From the NCBI RefSeq assembly GCF_036384735.1, contig NZ_DASVLT010000038.1, positions 148-64,147 on the forward strand: 64,000 nt of DNA, written 5' to 3'. The translations under genes and the position numbers were made by a program. The stretch comes from Bdellovibrio sp. Lineage in GTDB: Bacteria > Bdellovibrionota > Bdellovibrionia > Bdellovibrionales > Bdellovibrionaceae. Numbering within the stretch: the stretch's first letter is position 1; every line of letters begins with the position of its first letter. This document shows positions 29,160-39,127 of this stretch, piece by piece. Under the pieces are notes generated by a model. The model worked only from the letters and a program-made list of their open reading frames with translations. It did not search any database and was not told the origin of the DNA.

Positions 29160-29945
29160 TTATTGTCCCGAAGTGACCACTAATGAAGACGATTTTACCC
29201 AACCCGTTAGTGCACCTGGATAAGTTACTTGGGACCAATCTTTATCAACAGTCTTCACAACAACTTCCATGCCGCCGCTGAGATCTAAAATTGCGGCTTG
29301 GTTTTCACCCGGTGCGGTTTGCAATGAAACGCGATCTTCAATAATCGTCGCTCGCACAATAGCTGAGTCATAAAGTTTCAAAACCAGAAGCGATAATGAA
29401 ATTAAAAAGCCCACCGTGAAAAGCAAGCCCACCACAGGAATCGCCGGCGGAGCTTTTTCTTCAGCTAACGCATTTCTTCTGCGACCAGCGTAAGAAATCA
29501 ACGTCCATCCCGCAGTGAATAACAACAGTGCCGTTAGAATTAAATAGGCAAGAAGCGGAACTGGAGCGAGTAATTTTGAACGAACACTTTCATAGGTTTC
29601 CAATTGATGAGGAACGTCGTGAATCTCCATTTGTGAGAGGACATACTTTAGTCCAGCTTTAGCTGTGGAAAGCTCGGGATCGGCTTCCAAAGCTTTGCGC
29701 AGAAGGCCAACTGAGAGGGCCTTTTTCCCGAGCTGAAACTGGGCTAAAGCCAAGTTAGTGAGCGCTGTTGCATTGTGTGGATCTTTTTCGACAGCCTTAG
29801 TGAATGCGTCAGCTGCTTTATCATATTCTTTCGCGGTGTAGTGCTGAGTTCCCTGTTTAAACAAATCAGCGAAAGAGTCATTTTGAGTCCACGCTAGAGT
29901 GGGCAAAATCAGAGTAAAAAAGAACACGATGAGTCGCTTCGTCAT
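29160..29945 (-). CDS. TPR + TM + SH3-like protein (BatE-like)
   Basis: Signal peptide, TPR, two TM helices, C-terminal SH3b (GWV). Confidence 0.75.
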   Translation of the reverse strand: MTKRLIVFFFTLILPTLAWTQNDSFADLFKQGTQHYTAKEYDKAADAFTKAVEKDPHNATALTNLALAQFQLGKKALSVGLLRKALEADPELSTAKAGLKYVLSQMEIHDVPHQLETYESVRSKLLAPVPLLAYLILTALLLFTAGWTLISYAGRRRNALAEEKAPPAIPVVGLLFTVGFLISLSLLVLKLYDSAIVRATIIEDRVSLQTAPGENQAAILDLSGGMEVVVKTVDKDWSQVTYPGALTGWVKSSSLVVTSGQ

Positions 29946-30084
29946 AGTCTTAAAAGTTTATAGATAAAAGTCCCTTCGTGTCTACCAGGTGTCTTGTCTT
30001 AGTCCTGGCCCGAGAGTAAACTGGACGGGCATTTCAAATAACAGAAGGGGTCTGGTTCATTTCACCGACCTCACGAAAGGTATT

Positions 30085-31461
30085 ATGAGCTCTCTTGTAG
30101 GCCATCAAATTCAGCAATCTGAAAAAGTAAAATCATTGATTCAAGAACTTGTCGGAGAAGTGACTAAAATCAACTCTCAGCTCACGGGCATTCACGCTCC
30201 ACAAGATGCATTCAAAGATGCCGGCAAAGCAAAAGTAGATGCGGCAGGTTTATTCCGTGGTCGTCCTTTGCACTATCCCTACATCGGCACAGGTGCGGGA
30301 CGTGGCCCTTATGTAGAGCTTGAAGATGGCAGCGTAAAATTAGATTTGATCAACGGTATCGGTATTCACTTGATGGGTCACGCAAACCCACGTGTTTTGA
30401 CTGCTGCTGTTCGCGGTGCTCTTTCTGATATTTTGATTCAAGGGAATCTTCAACCCAACAATGAATATCGTTTGTTTACAGAAAAAATGGTGAAGATTGC
30501 GTCTCGCAAAAGCCGCATTAAATACGGCTGGCTTGCAACTTGCGGAACGATGGCGAATGAAAATGCGTTGAAGCTTTCTCGTCAAAAAAATTCCCCGGCA
30601 AGAATGGTTATGGGCTTTAAAGATGCGTTCGCAGGTCGCTCAACGATGATGGCGGAAGTGACTGACAATCCAGCTTACAAACAAGGTTTGCCAGAATACC
30701 ACGAAGTATTGCGCATTCCTTTCTATGATAAGCGTGATCCAAAATCTGGCGAGAAATCTTTGGCTGCGATGAAAGAACACGTCGCAAAACATGAGGGCAA
30801 TATCTCTGTTTTCGGTTTTGAGCCGATGTTGGGTGAAGGTGGTTATCAGGCCGCTCCGCGCGAGTTCTTCTTACCTCTTCTTGACTTCGTAAAATCTAAA
30901 AACATCGCGGTATGGGTTGATGAAGTTCAAACTTTCACTCGCACAGGTGAATACTTTGCATTTGAAACTTTGGATATCGGTCAATACGTAGACATCTGCA
31001 CTATCGCTAAGACTGCGCAAGTGGGTATGACTCTTTACACTGAAGAGTTCAATCCAAAGCCGGGTTTGATCGCGGGAACTTTTTCAGGTTCAACTCCTTG
31101 TTTGGCTGCGGGTTCTGAGATGCTTGATATGTTGTCTGAAGGTTTCTTGGGTGCGAATGGTCGCATTCAACAAATCCACAAGCGTTTCATTAACGGCTTG
31201 AATGCATTGAACGAAGGCTCATGCAAAGGTTTGGCGTCTGATGCTGGTGGTATGGGCTTGATGGTGGCGTTTACTCCGCACGATGGCAAAAAAGAAAGTG
31301 TGAATTCTTTCCTGAATAAACTTTACGCGAACGGTGTGATCGCATTCCCTTGCGGTAAAGATCCAGTGCGCGCGCGCTTCCTGATCCCAGCGATCATCCA
31401 AGATGCTGACATCGACATCGCTTTAAAAACGATCGAGAAAACTCTTCTTGAAGGGGTGTAG
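30085..31461 (+). CDS. astC: class III PLP aminotransferase (AstC/ArgD-like)
   Basis: DEVQT, TIAKT, FAGRS motifs; clustered with astA and astD; start moved to MSSLV. Confidence 0.75.
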   Translation: MSSLVGHQIQQSEKVKSLIQELVGEVTKINSQLTGIHAPQDAFKDAGKAKVDAAGLFRGRPLHYPYIGTGAGRGPYVELEDGSVKLDLINGIGIHLMGHANPRVLTAAVRGALSDILIQGNLQPNNEYRLFTEKMVKIASRKSRIKYGWLATCGTMANENALKLSRQKNSPARMVMGFKDAFAGRSTMMAEVTDNPAYKQGLPEYHEVLRIPFYDKRDPKSGEKSLAAMKEHVAKHEGNISVFGFEPMLGEGGYQAAPREFFLPLLDFVKSKNIAVWVDEVQTFTRTGEYFAFETLDIGQYVDICTIAKTAQVGMTLYTEEFNPKPGLIAGTFSGSTPCLAAGSEMLDMLSEGFLGANGRIQQIHKRFINGLNALNEGSCKGLASDAGGMGLMVAFTPHDGKKESVNSFLNKLYANGVIAFPCGKDPVRARFLIPAIIQDADIDIALKTIEKTLLEGV

Positions 31462-32805
31462 TTGGATTTCATTGAAGCCTGCCGCCAGTTTATTTCCATA
31501 GACAGTACGCCCACTCACGGCAATAAAGATCTTGCTCGGTGGGCGGCGGCTTTCTGTCGTCAAAAAGGTCTTGTTGTTGAAGAGCAAGAGGAAATCGTCG
31601 GTGACCTTGAGCAAATCAACGTCATCGCTCGTCCAACACAAGACAGGCCGGCGGCAGAATTTCTTTTACAAAATCATTTAGACACCGTCGATCCCGGTCC
31701 TTTTTCTTTGTGGACTCATACAGGGAGCAATCCCTTTGATGCGCATATCATTGATGGAAAAATTCACGGACTTGGTGCGGCGGATGTAAAGTTAGATTTC
31801 TTGTGTAAGCTGTGGGCACTCGCTTCTTTTGGTCAACGTCAGTGGAAGCTTCACCCTGTTCTTGTCGGCACATTCGGCGAAGAAACAGGAATGCAAGGAG
31901 CCTTGAAGTTGATTCGCAAAAACAAAGTGGCTGCAAAAATGGCTTTAATTGGCGAGCCTAGCGACTTGCAGCTTATCACAGCGGCAAAAGGTTTTGCGAG
32001 TGTTGAAATCCGCATTCCTTTTTCTGATGAAGAGGTGACTTACCGCCAAGAACACAATTTGCGCGAGAGTACTTCGACACAATCAAAGCTTTTCCGTGGA
32101 AAAGCAGCGCACTCTTCAACACCTCACTTGGGTGAAAGTGCAATCATTAAAATGCTCGAGTACTTGATGATGCTTCCAGATTCGGTCAACGTCATGGAAA
32201 TAGATGGCGGCATCAACTTCAACACGGTTCCAAGCAACTCGTTTTTAGAAATTGATATCGATTCTTTCGTGAAAGATCCGATTTCAAGGAAAATTGCGAA
32301 TATTTATCGTGCGATCAAAGTGATGGAGCTGGAATTTTTGTCTTACAAAGACAATGATTTCCATCCAAGCACGCCGACTTTGAACATCGGCCTGATTCGT
32401 ACGAACGAAGACGATATTCAGATCTCTGGAACTTGTCGTATTCCGCCGGTCATTACTCACGAGGTGTATGAAAAGTGGATGGATGAGCTTCGTATCGTCT
32501 GCGAAAAAAATGGCGCCACTTTCCGTGTGAATGACTATAAAAAACCCTATCGGACCGAAATGAATTCTATTTTGGTGAAGGGATGTTTGGATGAGCTTCG
32601 CAATTTGGGATTAAGTGACAAACCCATCACTCAGTCTTCGACAAATGAAGCCAGCATCTTCTCGCGCATAGGTGTGGAATGTGTATGTTTCGGTCCCGGA
32701 AAAAGGGAAAACAACGTGCATACGCCACAAGAACACGTGGCCATCGCGGATCTCGAGAAGGCTGTGGAGTTTTATAAAAGAATTATCGAAAGGTTCTGCC
32801 TATGA
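31462..32805 (+). CDS. M20 family metallo-amidohydrolase (ArgE/DapE-like)
   Basis: HLDTV, GLGAADVK, GEE, GEPS, GKAAHSS, VHTPQE. Confidence 0.9.
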   Translation: MDFIEACRQFISIDSTPTHGNKDLARWAAAFCRQKGLVVEEQEEIVGDLEQINVIARPTQDRPAAEFLLQNHLDTVDPGPFSLWTHTGSNPFDAHIIDGKIHGLGAADVKLDFLCKLWALASFGQRQWKLHPVLVGTFGEETGMQGALKLIRKNKVAAKMALIGEPSDLQLITAAKGFASVEIRIPFSDEEVTYRQEHNLRESTSTQSKLFRGKAAHSSTPHLGESAIIKMLEYLMMLPDSVNVMEIDGGINFNTVPSNSFLEIDIDSFVKDPISRKIANIYRAIKVMELEFLSYKDNDFHPSTPTLNIGLIRTNEDDIQISGTCRIPPVITHEVYEKWMDELRIVCEKNGATFRVNDYKKPYRTEMNSILVKGCLDELRNLGLSDKPITQSSTNEASIFSRIGVECVCFGPGKRENNVHTPQEHVAIADLEKAVEFYKRIIERFCL

Positions 32806-33830
32806 GTTTCATTATACGCTCTGTACGGCACGACGACTTAAATCAACTGTTTGATCTGGCAAAACAATTCAATTTGCTCAATCTTCCAGGTGATAAAAAA
32901 GTTCTAAGTGCAAAAATTGATCGCAGCGAGCAATCGTTCGCGGGCAAATTGGAAAAGCATCAAGCTGAATATCTTTTCGTGGTGGAAGACCTCGAAGAAA
33001 AGCTGATCGTGGGAAGCTCTCTTGTCATCGCTAAGCACGGCAACGACGATGTTCCTCATACAGCGTTTAAAGTTTTAAAACGTGATCACTTTTCTCAAGA
33101 TTTGGGAATTGGATTTATTCATCAAGTTTTGCGCTTTCAGCTGGACTTTGACGGCCCAACAGAAATCGGAGGACTTCTTGTCGATAAAGCCTACCGCAGA
33201 CGTCCCGAAAAGCTGGGTAAGCAGATCAGCTTATGCCGTTTTTTATATATGGCCTTGCACCCTGACCGTTTCGAAGATCGTATCTTGTGCGAATTGACTC
33301 CTCCATTGACAGATGAGGGGCGCAGCGAGTTTTGGGAGGCTTTAGGTCGCAGATTCACGGGCCTTCCATATCAAGAAGCGGATTTATTGTCACAATCGCA
33401 CAAGGAATTTATCGAAAGTCTTTTCCCGCAAGAGGATATCTATTTGGCTCTTCTAGACTCCAAAGCTCGTTTGGTTTTGGGTCGTGTGGGTGAAGCAACG
33501 AAACCTGCTCAGCATTTGCTTGAAAGCATCGGCTTTCATTATCTTGATGAAGTGGATCCCTTCGACGGTGGTCCCCACTATGGGGCACGTTTGAATGAAA
33601 TTCTTCCTGTGAAACACGGTAAGCGTGCCAAGGTTACAGAATTCAAAGATGCTTCGTTCAAAGATCAAATGCTTGTTGCAACCACGGGGGAAGAGTTCCT
33701 TGCGACTCTTTGTTCCGTGGATTTAAGAGACGGCGAAGTGGCGGTCTCTCCAAAGGCTCGAAATATTTTGGGTCTTGAAGTTGGCGATGAAGTTTATTTA
33801 GCACCCTTTTACTACAACAGAGGAAAGTAG
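32802..33830 (+). CDS. astA: arginine N-succinyltransferase
   Basis: LNLPGD, TEIGGLLVD, DEGRSEFWEALGRRF, DPFDGGPH. Confidence 0.92.
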   Translation: MSFIIRSVRHDDLNQLFDLAKQFNLLNLPGDKKVLSAKIDRSEQSFAGKLEKHQAEYLFVVEDLEEKLIVGSSLVIAKHGNDDVPHTAFKVLKRDHFSQDLGIGFIHQVLRFQLDFDGPTEIGGLLVDKAYRRRPEKLGKQISLCRFLYMALHPDRFEDRILCELTPPLTDEGRSEFWEALGRRFTGLPYQEADLLSQSHKEFIESLFPQEDIYLALLDSKARLVLGRVGEATKPAQHLLESIGFHYLDEVDPFDGGPHYGARLNEILPVKHGKRAKVTEFKDASFKDQMLVATTGEEFLATLCSVDLRDGEVAVSPKARNILGLEVGDEVYLAPFYYNRGK

Positions 33831-33835
33831 TTTTT

Positions 33836-35353
33836 ATGAGCACCACCATTTTTCCAGTGAGTTACAAAGGTGATTTTATCAACGGCAAATTCGTTCCTGT
33901 CACAAAAGGTGACGGTGATTTTAAAGATATCAGCCCGGCAGATTTAAACGATCTGGTGATGACAGTTCCATTCAAGCACGATCACATCGATGAAGCTGTT
34001 TCTGCGGCAAAGAAAGCATATCCGGCATGGGCGCAACTGACGGTGGATGAAAGAAAATCTTATTTGATGCGTTTGAAAGAGATGTATGACTCTCATGTGG
34101 ATCAAATGGCCCAATTGATTTGCCGTGATACAGGCAAACCGCTATGGGATGGAATGTCCGAAGCGAAAGCTTTGGGAAATAAAATCGACATCACTTTGAA
34201 TTATTCTTTGAAGCTTGTGGCAGAGGAAAGAATTTCAAACGCTTTGCCGTCAGTGGATGGAGTGATTCGTCACAGATCTCGCGGTGTCATGGCTGTTGTA
34301 GGTCCGTTCAACTTCCCGGCGCATTTGCCGAACGGCCATATTGTTCCGGCTTTGATTTCTGGAAACACGATTGTCTTTAAGCCTTCAGAGCAAACTCCGG
34401 CGGTTGGGCAATTCATGGCTGAACTTTTTGAAAAAGCAAAATTTCCTCCAGGTGTATTCAACCTGGTACAAGGGGATGGTGCTGCCGGCGGTCGCTTGGT
34501 CGCTCATGAGCTTGTGGATGGTATCTTGTTTACAGGTTCTTACGAAGTAGGTCTTAAAATTAAGCAAGAGACTTTGACACACTATTGGAAAATTCTCGCT
34601 CTAGAAATGGGCGGTAAGAACGCGACGATCGTGTGGGATGACGCCGATATGGACAAGGCGATCTATGAAAGCTTGGTGGGCGCATACATGACTTCAGGTC
34701 AACGCTGCTCGGGCACAAGCCGTATCATTGTTCATCCAAAAGTTGCTGACGAATTTACAGAAAGATTCTATCAAGCGGCGAAAAAACTTTCGATTGGTCA
34801 CTGGTCAGAAAATCCATTCATGGGGACGTTGATCAACGAAGCTGCTGTGGAAAAGTATGTGCGTTTCCAAGAAATCGCGAATCGCGAGAATTGTGAAAGC
34901 TTGATGCGTGGTAAATCTTTGGATTTAAAACACAAAGGTTACTATGTGACACCTTCAATTCACTTGGTGAAAAAGTTTGATCCAAATTCGGTTTATCAAA
35001 AAAGCGAAATCTTTGGACCAAACGTGGCTATTTATCAGAACGACAACTTCGATGAAGTAATGAACATTGTGAATTCAACAGGCTATGGCTTGGCAATGGC
35101 GTTGTTCTCTAAAAATAAAGATCTTTACGAGCAAGCACAGTTCAAAGCTCGCGTGGGTATCTTAAACTGGAACCGTACGACGAACGGTGCAAGCTCTCGC
35201 TTGCCATTCGGCGGTATGGGCAAATCTGGAAATGACCGCCCTTCTGCTCACTTTGCAATTCAATATTGCACGGTGCCTGTGGCAAGTTTGGAAGATCCAA
35301 CTCCGTTTGACGCGACGAAAGCTCTTCCGGGTATGAATTTGGAAATGAAATAA
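33836..35353 (+). CDS. astD: succinylglutamate-semialdehyde dehydrogenase
   Basis: GPFNFPAHLPNGH, LEMGGKN, GQRCS, KSGNDRPSA. Confidence 0.88.
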   Translation: MSTTIFPVSYKGDFINGKFVPVTKGDGDFKDISPADLNDLVMTVPFKHDHIDEAVSAAKKAYPAWAQLTVDERKSYLMRLKEMYDSHVDQMAQLICRDTGKPLWDGMSEAKALGNKIDITLNYSLKLVAEERISNALPSVDGVIRHRSRGVMAVVGPFNFPAHLPNGHIVPALISGNTIVFKPSEQTPAVGQFMAELFEKAKFPPGVFNLVQGDGAAGGRLVAHELVDGILFTGSYEVGLKIKQETLTHYWKILALEMGGKNATIVWDDADMDKAIYESLVGAYMTSGQRCSGTSRIIVHPKVADEFTERFYQAAKKLSIGHWSENPFMGTLINEAAVEKYVRFQEIANRENCESLMRGKSLDLKHKGYYVTPSIHLVKKFDPNSVYQKSEIFGPNVAIYQNDNFDEVMNIVNSTGYGLAMALFSKNKDLYEQAQFKARVGILNWNRTTNGASSRLPFGGMGKSGNDRPSAHFAIQYCTVPVASLEDPTPFDATKALPGMNLEMK

Positions 35354-36441
35354 TGAAGAAAACAGTCCTTGTTTTAGTTCTATCCGTCGTTGCCTTGTTG
35401 ACTGCTTTAGCAGCCGGAGTCGGCTACTTGGCCTATGATTTTACTCACACTCGTCCTAGCAATACAGCTCAGGACGTCGTGTACGAGATCGAGCCAGGCA
35501 AGGCCCTCAACACAATAGCAAAAGATTTGGAAAGCAAGGGCCTCGTGCGCAATGCCTCTTTTTTCTCGCTGTACGCGCGCCTTAAAAAAGAAAGTTCAAA
35601 AGTGAAAGTGGGCGAGTACCTTCTTCGCACGAATATGTTGCCGGAAGAAATCTTACAGGTTTTCGTATCCGGGAAAAGTATTGCTCGCGCTTTCACAGTC
35701 AGTGAAGGATTAAGCACATACGAAATAGCGGATCTTTATGAAAAGGAAAGGTTCGGCAAAGCCTCTGAATTCATGGCCTTGGTTCACGATCCGCAATTTA
35801 TTCAGTCTTTGCTAGGAGAGAAAGAGGAATCTCTAGAAGGTTACCTTTTCCCAGAAACCTACATGCTAACGAAATACACAGACACAAAAACTTTGATATC
35901 GAATATGGTGAAGAGATTTTTGTACGTGTATAACGAAGTGTCTCCGCAATCGGAAATTCAAGGCATGACTCGCCATCAGATTGTGACTTTAGCGAGTATC
36001 ATTGAAAAGGAAACGGGAGCCCCTGAAGAGCGTCCATTGATCGCTTCAATCTTCCACAACCGCTTGAATCGTAAAATGAAATTGCAGACGGATCCGACAA
36101 TCATTTATGGAAAAGCGGAAAAATCCGGAAAGATCGTGATCAATATTACCAAGGCTGATTTGCTAACGCCGACTCGTTACAACACTTATGTGATCGATGG
36201 GTTGCCACCAACGCCAATTGCAAATCCCGGTCGTGAGGCCTTGCTGGCGGCAATGAGACCAGCGCATACGAATTACCTATTCTTTGTAAGTAAAAACGAT
36301 GGGACACATATCTTCTCGGAAGATTATAAAGCTCATCAAAAAGCGGTTCGCGATTTTCAGTTGAACGCCAAGGCTCGCGAAGGGCACTCCTGGCGTGAGT
36401 TAAAGAATCGCCAGCAGACTTTGCCGACGACTCAAAAATAA
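35353..36441 (+). CDS. mltG: endolytic transglycosylase MltG
   Basis: LEGYLFPETY, LASIIEKET, LQTDPT, YNTYVIDGLPPTPIANPG; TAATG overlap with astD. Confidence 0.95.
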   Translation: MKKTVLVLVLSVVALLTALAAGVGYLAYDFTHTRPSNTAQDVVYEIEPGKALNTIAKDLESKGLVRNASFFSLYARLKKESSKVKVGEYLLRTNMLPEEILQVFVSGKSIARAFTVSEGLSTYEIADLYEKERFGKASEFMALVHDPQFIQSLLGEKEESLEGYLFPETYMLTKYTDTKTLISNMVKRFLYVYNEVSPQSEIQGMTRHQIVTLASIIEKETGAPEERPLIASIFHNRLNRKMKLQTDPTIIYGKAEKSGKIVINITKADLLTPTRYNTYVIDGLPPTPIANPGREALLAAMRPAHTNYLFFVSKNDGTHIFSEDYKAHQKAVRDFQLNAKAREGHSWRELKNRQQTLPTTQK

Positions 36442-36445
36442 AAAG

Positions 36446-36470
36446 AAAAGGCTCCTTAAGGAGCCTTTTT
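36446..36470. terminator. bidirectional intrinsic terminator
   Basis: aaaaggctcc-ttaa-ggagccttttt. Confidence 0.9.
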
Positions 36471-36479
36471 AATTTCTAC

Positions 36480-36968
36480 TTATTTATTTTCCGGAGCGCT
36501 GACGCGATCAAAATTTTTCGTATCCGGATTGTATTTAAAGATATTCAGTCGTGGCACCATTTGATCGTCATAAGTAGGAGCGACGATTTCCATGGCTCCG
36601 TCGCTATCGACGTCAGTCAAAGCCAGATTTGTTGCATTCCCTTGTAAGGCGAAATAGCCGTCGCGACTTTCTGCCAAAGGGATTTTGGTGATCAAAGTCA
36701 TCCCTTCAGTCCCATCCATATCATAAACCTCAAGGCTTAGACCCTCTTTGTTTTTAATTTTTAGAACTGTAACTCTAGGACCTGAGGACGAAATTCTGCC
36801 AGAGACTTTCGCAAGAATTTCACGATCCTCGAGGGAAAATGCCGATTTCACCTTCATGCGCAAAGATGGAACGACCGCAACCGTGGTTATAGCCATGGCG
36901 ACGGCTGCCAGGACGATCATCAGGATAAGTTCTTTTTGGCTGAAGGCTGTATCGTTCTTAGAAGTCAT
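36480..36968 (-). CDS. membrane-anchored hypothetical protein with an FG-GAP/Ca-loop-like motif
   Basis: Start moved to MTSKND (the track ORF overlaps lysC); N-terminal TM; TDVDSDGAMEIV. Confidence 0.72.
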   Translation of the reverse strand: MTSKNDTAFSQKELILMIVLAAVAMAITTVAVVPSLRMKVKSAFSLEDREILAKVSGRISSSGPRVTVLKIKNKEGLSLEVYDMDGTEGMTLITKIPLAESRDGYFALQGNATNLALTDVDSDGAMEIVAPTYDDQMVPRLNIFKYNPDTKNFDRVSAPENK

Positions 36969-37043
36969 TGAAAAATTCTGCCACAAACTCATTGAAGTAA
37001 AAACAAGAAAAGATAAGATGGCCGGGTCGACGAAGGAGTCAAA

Positions 37044-38408
37044 GTGGCAAAGCTCATTGTTTCTAAGTTTGGTGGAACTTCCATGGGAGACGCTGAATGC
37101 ATGCTCCGCAGTTCTGAAGTCGCTTTCGGCCGTGGGGCAAGCTTGGTTGTAGTATCTGCGACATCTGGCACAACAAATGATTTGATCGCACTTGGCAAGG
37201 CTTCGGAAAGCCAACCATGGGCTGAAGCTGAAAAGATTCTTTCTAAGATTCACTCTCGTCATGTGAAGATTGCAGCCGACCTTCATCTACCAACAGAGTC
37301 CATGCAAAGACTCGAAACTCTTTTTGAAGAGATGGGGTCGATCGCAAAAGGCATTAACCTTTTGAAAGATTGCTCGGTAAAAGCCATGGATACTTTAATG
37401 AGCTTGGGCGAAAGAATGTCCTCTGTGCTTTGTACTGAAGCCATGGCGCAGGTTCTTAAAAGACATAACTCGGATAAAAAGGCGATGTGGTTTGATGTGC
37501 GTGAAGTTTTGCGCACGGATGATTCTTTCGGTAAAGCCAGACCGCTGACAAAAGAAGTTGAAAGTTTATCGCAAAAAAAATTGGGCTTTTTGCGTGACTA
37601 CAAAACTGTCGTTGTTACTCAAGGCTACATCGGCAGCACTGAAGAAGGTATGACAACAACTTTGGGCCGCGGTGGTAGTGACTACTCTGCAGCGATTTTG
37701 GCTGAGGGTGTTGCGGCGGATGTTCTAGAAATTTGGACAGACGTTGCAGGAATTGCAACAACAGATCCACGCATTTGTCCTGCAGCAAAGCCCATCGACG
37801 AAATCTCTTTCAAAGAAGCGTCTGAGCTTGCGACTTTCGGCGCGAAGGTGCTGCATCCGGCGACTCTTTTGCCTGCAATTCGTAAAAATATTCCGGTGTT
37901 TGTAGGGTCAAGTTTCGATGCAGACGCAAAGGGAACGTGGATTCGTAAGGAGGTTGAAGATCATCCGCTGATTCGTGCGATGGCCATGCGCAAAAAGCAA
38001 ATTCTTGTGACTCTTTCAACTCCAGAGATGTTACACGCTCATGGTTTCTTGTTTCAGATTTTCAAAATCTTCAATGACCACAAAGTCAGCATCGACGCGA
38101 TTACAACTTCAGAAATTTCTGTCAGTGTGACATTAGATGATTCGACATTGGTCAATAAGAAATTGATCGCAGATCTTTCTGAAATCGCTGACGTGCAAGT
38201 GGAAGAAAATTTGACATTGATTTCTTTGATTGGAAACAACATCAATCATACTCCGGGACTTGCAAAGCAAATTTTCGAGACAATTTCAGACATTAATGTG
38301 CGCATGATTTGTTTGGGGGCAAGCAAGCACAACTTCTGCTTCCTTGTCAGCGAAGATCAAAGCACACAAGCAATTCAACGTCTGCACAAAAAATTCGTCG
38401 AGGCCTAA
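37044..38408 (+). CDS. lysC: aspartate kinase (lysine-sensitive type)
   Basis: KFGGTS, LGRGGSDYSA, GAKVLHP, two ACT domains. Confidence 0.95.
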   Translation: MAKLIVSKFGGTSMGDAECMLRSSEVAFGRGASLVVVSATSGTTNDLIALGKASESQPWAEAEKILSKIHSRHVKIAADLHLPTESMQRLETLFEEMGSIAKGINLLKDCSVKAMDTLMSLGERMSSVLCTEAMAQVLKRHNSDKKAMWFDVREVLRTDDSFGKARPLTKEVESLSQKKLGFLRDYKTVVVTQGYIGSTEEGMTTTLGRGGSDYSAAILAEGVAADVLEIWTDVAGIATTDPRICPAAKPIDEISFKEASELATFGAKVLHPATLLPAIRKNIPVFVGSSFDADAKGTWIRKEVEDHPLIRAMAMRKKQILVTLSTPEMLHAHGFLFQIFKIFNDHKVSIDAITTSEISVSVTLDDSTLVNKKLIADLSEIADVQVEENLTLISLIGNNINHTPGLAKQIFETISDINVRMICLGASKHNFCFLVSEDQSTQAIQRLHKKFVEA

Positions 38409-39008
38409 ATGCAAAAAGAAGAATTCTATCAATTACTCGAATCGCGTAAATCCATTCGCAAATTCAAGGCGGATGAAGTTCCGCGCGAAGTTATTGAAAG
38501 AATTCTAGCTGCTGGTATGCAGGCGCCGTCGGGGAAGAATCGTCAAAACTGGCGCTTCTTTGTTGTGACCGGTGAAAAACGTCGCGAGTATTTGAAGTAC
38601 TCGCAGAAATCCTGGTTAGGGATCAAAGACATTCTTGCTCAGCGCTTGAAGCCGTCGCTGTATCAATTCACTGAAAGATTTTTCTTCACACTGGGTGATG
38701 CGCCAGTGATTATTTTCGCATACTCACACAATGATTCGGAAGAGCGCTATCATACCAGCATTGGTTCTGTGTATATGGCTGTGGAAAATATGAATTTGGC
38801 GTGTGTAGTGGAAGGCCTTGGTTGCTGCACGATGGGTGCTCCACTGGAAATCAAAGAGGACGTTGATAAATTCTTGGGCGTCGATCAGCTTTCCGAATAC
38901 AAAAAAGGTGAGCTGGAACTTCTTTGCGCCCTGGTTTTGGGTTATCCCGATCACACTCCTCCAAAGGCTCCGCGCCAACTAGAAGGTCGAGTGACTTGGC
39001 TTAAATAG
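38409..39008 (+). CDS. nitroreductase family protein
   Basis: RKSIRKF, APSGKNRQNWRF, GYP. Confidence 0.92.
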   Translation: MQKEEFYQLLESRKSIRKFKADEVPREVIERILAAGMQAPSGKNRQNWRFFVVTGEKRREYLKYSQKSWLGIKDILAQRLKPSLYQFTERFFFTLGDAPVIIFAYSHNDSEERYHTSIGSVYMAVENMNLACVVEGLGCCTMGAPLEIKEDVDKFLGVDQLSEYKKGELELLCALVLGYPDHTPPKAPRQLEGRVTWLK

Positions 39009-39127
39009 CCCCCGAATGTCCCCAGATCGAATAGGTTCGTTTTAATTTATCTAAGCCTATGAAATAACGTCAGTTTTTCAAAACAACAGTACCTTTTTAT
39101 AAGGGGATTTGATATACCGCTGCCCTT

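Noticed and set aside
36969-37286. 106-aa N-terminal extension of the 36480 ORF, and a possible lysine riboswitch before lysC
   Set aside because: The extension overlaps lysC on the opposite strand; the roughly 75-bp spacer is too short for a lysine riboswitch.
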